This document shows, one piece after another, positions 59,056 to 64,000 of a stretch of 64,000 nucleotides of DNA (position 1 is the first letter of the stretch; each line of letters opens with the position of its first letter). The notes below the pieces were generated by a model, which made no database searches, was not told the origin of the DNA, and was given only the letters and a program-made list of their open reading frames with translations. Source of the DNA: Polyangiaceae bacterium (lineage in GTDB: Bacteria > Myxococcota_A > Polyangia > Polyangiales > Polyangiaceae); the NCBI GenBank assembly GCA_050287085.1, contig JBNKBE010000004.1:32278-96277 (forward strand). Reading direction: 5' to 3'. Position numbers and translations under genes: made by a program.

Positions 59056-59931
59056 ATGGGCACCCGGGACGCAGTGCTGCTGCTGGCACATGGGACGATT
59101 GCCGACAACTCCGAGCTCGAAGCGTTTCTCACGGTCATCCGGCGCGGCAGACCCCCGGGTGAGTCGCTGCTTCGAGATATGGCTGGGCGCTACGACGCGA
59201 TCGGCGGCTCCCCGCTGCTGCACATCACTCGCGAGCAGGCGCGTCTATTAGAGCTTGAGCTCGGGGTGCCTTGCTCGGTCGCGATGCGGCTTTGGAAACC
59301 ACGCGTGGAGGACGTGCTGCCCGGCCTCCTGGCGGCAGGCGCTGAGCGCGTTTGCCTCTTTCCCCTGGCACCGTTCAGCGTCGATGTCTACGTCACGGCT
59401 GCTCGAGAGGCCGCGAGCCGGCTGGGTGCAGCCGCTGAGCGGGTGCGCTGGCTCGCTGTGCCCCCATGGGGGACCGACCCAGCCTTCATCGCGGCACACG
59501 CCGACCTCATCCGACCTCATCTCAGGCCTGGTGATGGCATCGTGGTGTCCGCCCACAGCTTGCCGCTTGCGGTGATCCGCGGGGGGGACCGCTATGCAGA
59601 GCAGGTCGAAGCGTGTGCGGCTGCGCTGTCGAGTGTCTTGGGCCTGCCCTTGCAACTGGCTTATCAAAGCCAAGGCGACGGCGGTGGCGAGTGGTTGGGC
59701 CCCGACCTGCCCACGGTTTTTGAACGCCTGCGAGCCGCGGGTTGTAGCCGCATCGTGCTTGCACCCTTTGGTTTCTTGGGCGATCACGTCGAGACGCTCT
59801 ATGATTTGGACATTGACGCGCAAGCTACTGCGACAGCGATGGGGCTTACGCTGGTACGGGTGCCAGCTCTCAATACCGATCCCCGCTTCATCGCGGCGCT
59901 TGCGGGCATTGCTCGCCGTGCCTTGGCGTAG
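59056..59931 (+). CDS. hemH: Ferrochelatase
   Basis: YDAIGGSPL, SAHSLP, YQSQG...WLGP, GFLGDHVETLYDLD. Confidence 0.92.
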   Translation: MGTRDAVLLLAHGTIADNSELEAFLTVIRRGRPPGESLLRDMAGRYDAIGGSPLLHITREQARLLELELGVPCSVAMRLWKPRVEDVLPGLLAAGAERVCLFPLAPFSVDVYVTAAREAASRLGAAAERVRWLAVPPWGTDPAFIAAHADLIRPHLRPGDGIVVSAHSLPLAVIRGGDRYAEQVEACAAALSSVLGLPLQLAYQSQGDGGGEWLGPDLPTVFERLRAAGCSRIVLAPFGFLGDHVETLYDLDIDAQATATAMGLTLVRVPALNTDPRFIAALAGIARRALA

Positions 59932-59932
59932 C

Positions 59933-60961
59933 GTGCGTCGCTTTGGGGCTGTTTGGCTGCTTGGGGCGGCCTCGCTGATTGCCACCGGTTGCTTCCTGGT
60001 GCGCGGCGCCATCAATGACAGCCCGGAACTCCGCTGGTGGCTATTCGCCCATTTTGGAGCGCCGCGAGTGTGTCAGGAAATGATGAACAAGAGCGTAGCG
60101 CTGACGCTGGGCGACGACCCTGCGTCGATCGGACGCTTCTTCCCGACCCGCTGTGGGGCCGCAGTCAACGATGTGCAGCAGTCGCTCACAGTCGATTTCG
60201 AGGGAACGGGTTATGCCTGGACGCCCCTTGCCGGACGGGTCGCGTTTAGCGCTAGTGCGGCGGTGAGCTATCGCCCCGACTTTCAGCTCGGCGAAGACGT
60301 GATGTACGTCTGGGGCAGAATGGCGCAGATCGTGACCGAGCCTCGCTTCACGGTTGTCTCGGTGGAGAATCGGGTTGTCAATTGGGCCGCGCAAGGGCCG
60401 GCGATGTATCTCGCGACTCAGTTTGGGCGCCAGCTGCTTCAGAGTCGCGTCAGCCAAGGATTCACCGTCGTGCGGACGGAGCAAGGCGACGAATTTGCCT
60501 TGGGGATTCTGCAGCCTCCAGCGCGGCCCGCGCGACCTTTCGTGGCCGCTGGCGAGTCGCGGGTTTTGGTCAACGAACGCGTTCGCGTGCATGCCAATCA
60601 GGCTGAGTTTGTCGGTCCTTTGATCGTGGAGGGAAGCGGGCAGGTGCTCAGCTTGCGGACTCGCGCCACGGGCCCAACGGTTGAAGTTCACCTCATGCCG
60701 CGGCTCACGGCAGATCAGTGGCGCGCCGCAAGCGACCACGCTGCTGCTATCACCCCGCCTCCGAGCGCCCCGCTGGCGAGTTGGGTGGTGGCCGCTGGTG
60801 ACAGCCAGCAAGCTCTTGCCGTGGCACCTGGGCACTACGTACTCGTGATCGAAAACAGCAGTTCCGTCGGGGCTGTGGCGCCCGCGTGGAGCCCGCTGCC
60901 CGGGGTCGGACCGGCTGCATTTGATGCCGCTCTGATCGTCGAGCTTCGTTCGGGGGAATGA
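59933..60961 (+). CDS. Hypothetical lipoprotein, beta-rich
   Basis: GTG directly after the hemH stop; lipobox-like IATGC; C-terminal PGHYVLVIEN. Confidence 0.6.
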   Translation: MRRFGAVWLLGAASLIATGCFLVRGAINDSPELRWWLFAHFGAPRVCQEMMNKSVALTLGDDPASIGRFFPTRCGAAVNDVQQSLTVDFEGTGYAWTPLAGRVAFSASAAVSYRPDFQLGEDVMYVWGRMAQIVTEPRFTVVSVENRVVNWAAQGPAMYLATQFGRQLLQSRVSQGFTVVRTEQGDEFALGILQPPARPARPFVAAGESRVLVNERVRVHANQAEFVGPLIVEGSGQVLSLRTRATGPTVEVHLMPRLTADQWRAASDHAAAITPPPSAPLASWVVAAGDSQQALAVAPGHYVLVIENSSSVGAVAPAWSPLPGVGPAAFDAALIVELRSGE

Positions 60962-61003
60962 ACCCGCTGCGCGGGCGAGCCGGGCTCGGCCTCACTGCCG
61001 CGC

Positions 61004-62416
61004 TTAGCGGCGGGTGTTCATCTGCACGCGCCAGTCCACGGGAAGATCCAGAAAGCCCTCGAGGCATAGCTGATCGTACAAGCCGTCGCAGATCACGCCG
61101 CAGGTCTCGCTGTAGATGCGCGGCTGAGCGAAGAAATCGAGCGTTTCAGGGTGGACTTCGCTGTCTTCGCCCACCTTGGCGGCCAGTTCGTCACCGCAGA
61201 AGTGGATCATTTGGGTCATCAGAACCCGCTCCCACTCCGCCCGAAAGTCTGCGAAGCAGTTGGGGAGGATCTTGTAGGGCACGGAGTCCGGTCGTCGGGC
61301 AGTGAGAGCTCCACGGATCGTGAGTTTCGCCATTTGCCCGAGCTGGGGCGGTAGGTGAACGCGGAAGAACTCCGTCACGACGTTGGTGAAAGCGGCGAGC
61401 ACTCGGTTCAGTTCCGGCGACCGCCGAGACAGGAAGCTGAGCTGAAAATCGCGCTCGACTTTGGCTAGCAGCCGCGACGCGGCTTTGGCGATCTGCGGCG
61501 AGTCGTACTCGAAAGTGGCGAGTGCCCGGGCTAGGGCTGCGCTCTGACTGCGCAGCGCGTAGAAGGCGGCTTGCTCCGGGATGCTGATGGTGCGCTCCCG
61601 TGTTCGGTCGAGCGTGGTCTTCAACTGGGCCTCGAAAAAGAGCTTAGCTAAGCGCTTACCGATGGGCTGCACATAACGCAATGAGAAGCCATCGTCCGAC
61701 ACCAGCACTTTGCGCAGCAGCCGGGTGAGGGTTGCGACATGGGCGACTTCAATCTCTTCCGGCGCTCTACGTTCGTCGTGGTGCCGGATGGCAGCAGCTT
61801 GTAGCGCCTTGACCTGGCGCACCACTTCGGCGGTGACTGCGTCGAGTTCGGCGCTGGTCTCAAGCTCGGCCTTGTAGTGAACGATCCGGGCTTCGACCTG
61901 TTCACGCAAGATGCCCAGGGCCTGTACGGTGAGCTCCTCTTTGGCTGTTTCCGTTAGTGGAGGGCGACTCAATCGTGGCTTGGGAGGCGAGGGCGCGCTG
62001 GGATTGGCGGGCCGGAGACGACTGGGCTTTGGGGGGGCTGTGCCGGGCGCTGGGCGGGTACGCTGGGAGGGTTTTGGCGGCGCTGATGAGCGGAGTTGAC
62101 TGGACGACGGGGTGTTCGAATGAGTTGCGCTGCTGGTTGCTTCGGCGCTGCTAGTTGCTTCGGCGCCGCTAGTTGCTTCGGCGCTGCTTCGTCCCCGCCG
62201 GGCGGATGTCGCCGCGCTTTCGCGGGGTGAAGAGGGAGCCGTGGCGGTGAGAGAGGGCTCTAGCCCCGGCGAGCCGGCGAAACCGGCACCCGAATGGTCA
62301 TGAGTCGCGGCCGAGATCCCCCCCGGATCGGAGCTCCGCTCGCGTGGCTTTGGGGGTGGGGCGTGTCGCGATACACTCACGGGAGATCTACTAGCACGAA
62401 CGTTCTGGTCGGGCAT
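61004..62416 (-). CDS. Hypothetical protein: Pro/Ser-rich disordered N-terminus + helical C-terminal domain
   Basis: Long ORF directly downstream of bolA; ends LCLEGFLDLPVDWR. Confidence 0.7.
   Translation of the reverse strand: MPDQNVRASRSPVSVSRHAPPPKPRERSSDPGGISAATHDHSGAGFAGSPGLEPSLTATAPSSPRESAATSARRGRSSAEATSGAEATSSAEATSSATHSNTPSSSQLRSSAPPKPSQRTRPAPGTAPPKPSRLRPANPSAPSPPKPRLSRPPLTETAKEELTVQALGILREQVEARIVHYKAELETSAELDAVTAEVVRQVKALQAAAIRHHDERRAPEEIEVAHVATLTRLLRKVLVSDDGFSLRYVQPIGKRLAKLFFEAQLKTTLDRTRERTISIPEQAAFYALRSQSAALARALATFEYDSPQIAKAASRLLAKVERDFQLSFLSRRSPELNRVLAAFTNVVTEFFRVHLPPQLGQMAKLTIRGALTARRPDSVPYKILPNCFADFRAEWERVLMTQMIHFCGDELAAKVGEDSEVHPETLDFFAQPRIYSETCGVICDGLYDQLCLEGFLDLPVDWRVQMNTRR
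62136..62189. repeat. 18-bp coding tandem repeat x3 (SSAEAT/SGAEAT)
   Basis: GTTGCTTCGGCGCYGCTW x3. Confidence 0.9.
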
Positions 62417-62441
62417 TGCGCTCGCCCAACAGAACACGGGC

Positions 62442-62696
62442 TCATCGCGGCGGGCTTTCGGAGCGTGCCTCCTCGGGGGTTAATAGCTGCATGGAAAGGG
62501 CGTGGATCTCCCCGCCCATGAAGGCTGCGAGCGCGGAGTGCACAAGCCGGTGTCGCTGCAGCCGCGCCAGCCCCAGGAATCGACTCGAGACGATACGCGT
62601 CTGGTAGTGGTTCTCGCTTCCTGTCAGGTCCGTGACCTCGGGCTCAGCGTCCGGGAAGGCGGCTTTCAAGCGCTCGCGCAGTTCAGTCGGAGTCAT
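62442..62696 (-). CDS. bolA: BolA/IbaG family protein
   Basis: HYQTRIVSSRF.G..RLQRHRLV..AL......IHALS. Confidence 0.9.
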   Translation of the reverse strand: MTPTELRERLKAAFPDAEPEVTDLTGSENHYQTRIVSSRFLGLARLQRHRLVHSALAAFMGGEIHALSMQLLTPEEARSESPPR

Positions 62697-62744
62697 CGAC
62701 ACCGATTATGCGCGCGCGGGGGGCGCGGGTCTATCCTTGGCCGC

Positions 62745-63935
62745 TCAGTGCGGGCGGCCGGTGACCTGGGGCCGGGCGCGAGGTTCAGCGCCGGTCCCCG
62801 TCGGGGCAGGTGGGAGGGAGTCCGCGGCCTCAGAAGCCGTGGGCGCGGGCGCGGGCTTCAGCGAGAGTTCGTCTAGCAGACGTCGAGCAGCGCGCGCCGC
62901 GCGGTTGTTGTCGGCGAAGGGGAACAGGAGATGCACTGAGTTCGCCGTGCGCTGGAGCATCGCGCGTTCAGGCGCCAGAAGCGTGCCGATGTCAGTGGGT
63001 GACAAGCGGCCAAGCTGAGGCTCGAGCTCTTTCCAGTTCGCGGCGGGCGACGCGAGCCCAGCGCCCCGCATCACCGAGAGCAAAGCCGCGAGCGCGCCTG
63101 GTGCGTCGCGACCCGCAAACCATACGCCGGCATGTGGCTCCGTGCGATGCGCGCAGCGCGCATAGAGCGCGCCCGCCAGCGCGGAGTCGGCGCCGAATAT
63201 TTCGCCGGCGAGCCGTATCCAGGACGTTTGCTCGCGGCTGCGGGCAAAGGAGCGTGCGTAGTGGTTGTCGAAGGTGAGCGTGGTCACTCGTAGGCTATCC
63301 ACTTCAGCATCAGCCACCTGGACTCGTGCGCCGCTTCCTGCTGAGCCTGCAATGGGATCGGTGAGCAAGCGGTAGCCTGCGGGGGCCTCCGCTTTGAGGT
63401 AGGCGCTGAGGCGTTCCGATGCCGGACCTTGCTCGCCTGCGCTGCCGAGCAATAGGAGCTCTACAACCCAGCCGTCCATATCCGTCGGACCCAGGGCACC
63501 GCCTCGTACGATGCGCGCTTCCGCCTGTTCGCACGATTGTCGAGCGCGGCTCTCTCGCATTTCCATAGCGGGCAGCTCCGACGCGCCGTCGCTCTGGTGT
63601 TGTCCCTGCGCACGGTAGGCGAGGTACCCTGCTGCACCGGCGCCGCTCAAGGCTATGAGGAGCGCTTGAAGGACCGTCATGAGGGGGAACGGGGTGCGGC
63701 TTTGCCCGCGCGAGAGTTGTGCTGCCACCCGACGCAACGCGCCACTGCGCTGATGAGGGGTCAGCCGAGGCCAGCGGGAACGCAATGCCGTGAGCGGGAC
63801 TTGGCGCCGCTCACGGCCCTGGAGTTGCGCAACGTCATGAGCCAGAGAAAGTTGGCCGCGGACGCCCATGCGCTCCAGTTGCTGGATCAGGCCTTCTTCC
63901 AGTGCTCGCTCGTCCTCGTCACTCCTCACCGGCAC
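62745..63935 (-). CDS. Hypothetical single-TM membrane protein
   Basis: 396-aa ORF with one hydrophobic helix (VLQALLIALSGAGAAGYLAY); upstream of bolA on the same strand. Confidence 0.6.
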   Translation of the reverse strand: MPVRSDEDERALEEGLIQQLERMGVRGQLSLAHDVAQLQGRERRQVPLTALRSRWPRLTPHQRSGALRRVAAQLSRGQSRTPFPLMTVLQALLIALSGAGAAGYLAYRAQGQHQSDGASELPAMEMRESRARQSCEQAEARIVRGGALGPTDMDGWVVELLLLGSAGEQGPASERLSAYLKAEAPAGYRLLTDPIAGSAGSGARVQVADAEVDSLRVTTLTFDNHYARSFARSREQTSWIRLAGEIFGADSALAGALYARCAHRTEPHAGVWFAGRDAPGALAALLSVMRGAGLASPAANWKELEPQLGRLSPTDIGTLLAPERAMLQRTANSVHLLFPFADNNRAARAARRLLDELSLKPAPAPTASEAADSLPPAPTGTGAEPRARPQVTGRPH

Positions 63936-64000
63936 CTAGTCTAGGAGATCTGCAGGACGACGCTAGCGCCGGACTCCCGCGTCCGGCCCAGGGGGGGGGG

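Noticed and set aside
63991..64000. Poly-G tract as a phase-variation site
   Set aside because: Runs off the window edge and may be a sequencing or assembly artefact; cannot be evaluated.

Overview
GC-rich bacterial chromosome segment. Gene content points to a myxobacterium (Polyangiales-like, by inference): an FHA-sigma54 activator, PrkA, two Hanks-type kinases, an MglA-like GTPase, a MYXO-CTERM-type protein and a TraB-like OmpA protein. Most of the window is housekeeping: amidase, dksA, uvrA-like, metF, etfAB, nadB, hflX, thrB, argH, thiS, queG, a GldAFG-like ABC system, FKBP, a sulfite reductase operon with divergent LysR, hemH and bolA. Four tRNAs are present (Ile2-CAT, Met-CAT, Pro-CGG, Gly-CCC), with recognisable sigma70 promoters. 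I saw no integrase, transposase, rRNA or CRISPR array. The best candidates for an undescribed system are four. (1) A translationally coupled TraB-like + 1462-aa Asp/Cys-repeat surface protein pair in reversed order relative to traAB (49.0-55.4 kb), facing a large non-RD kinase. (2) An MglB-less MglA-like GTPase overlapping a PocR-type histidine kinase. (3) A three-gene lipoprotein/DUF350/winged-helix-like cluster after tRNA-Gly. (4) A tandem Tudor-like lipoprotein. All family calls come from motif recognition by eye; no searches were run.
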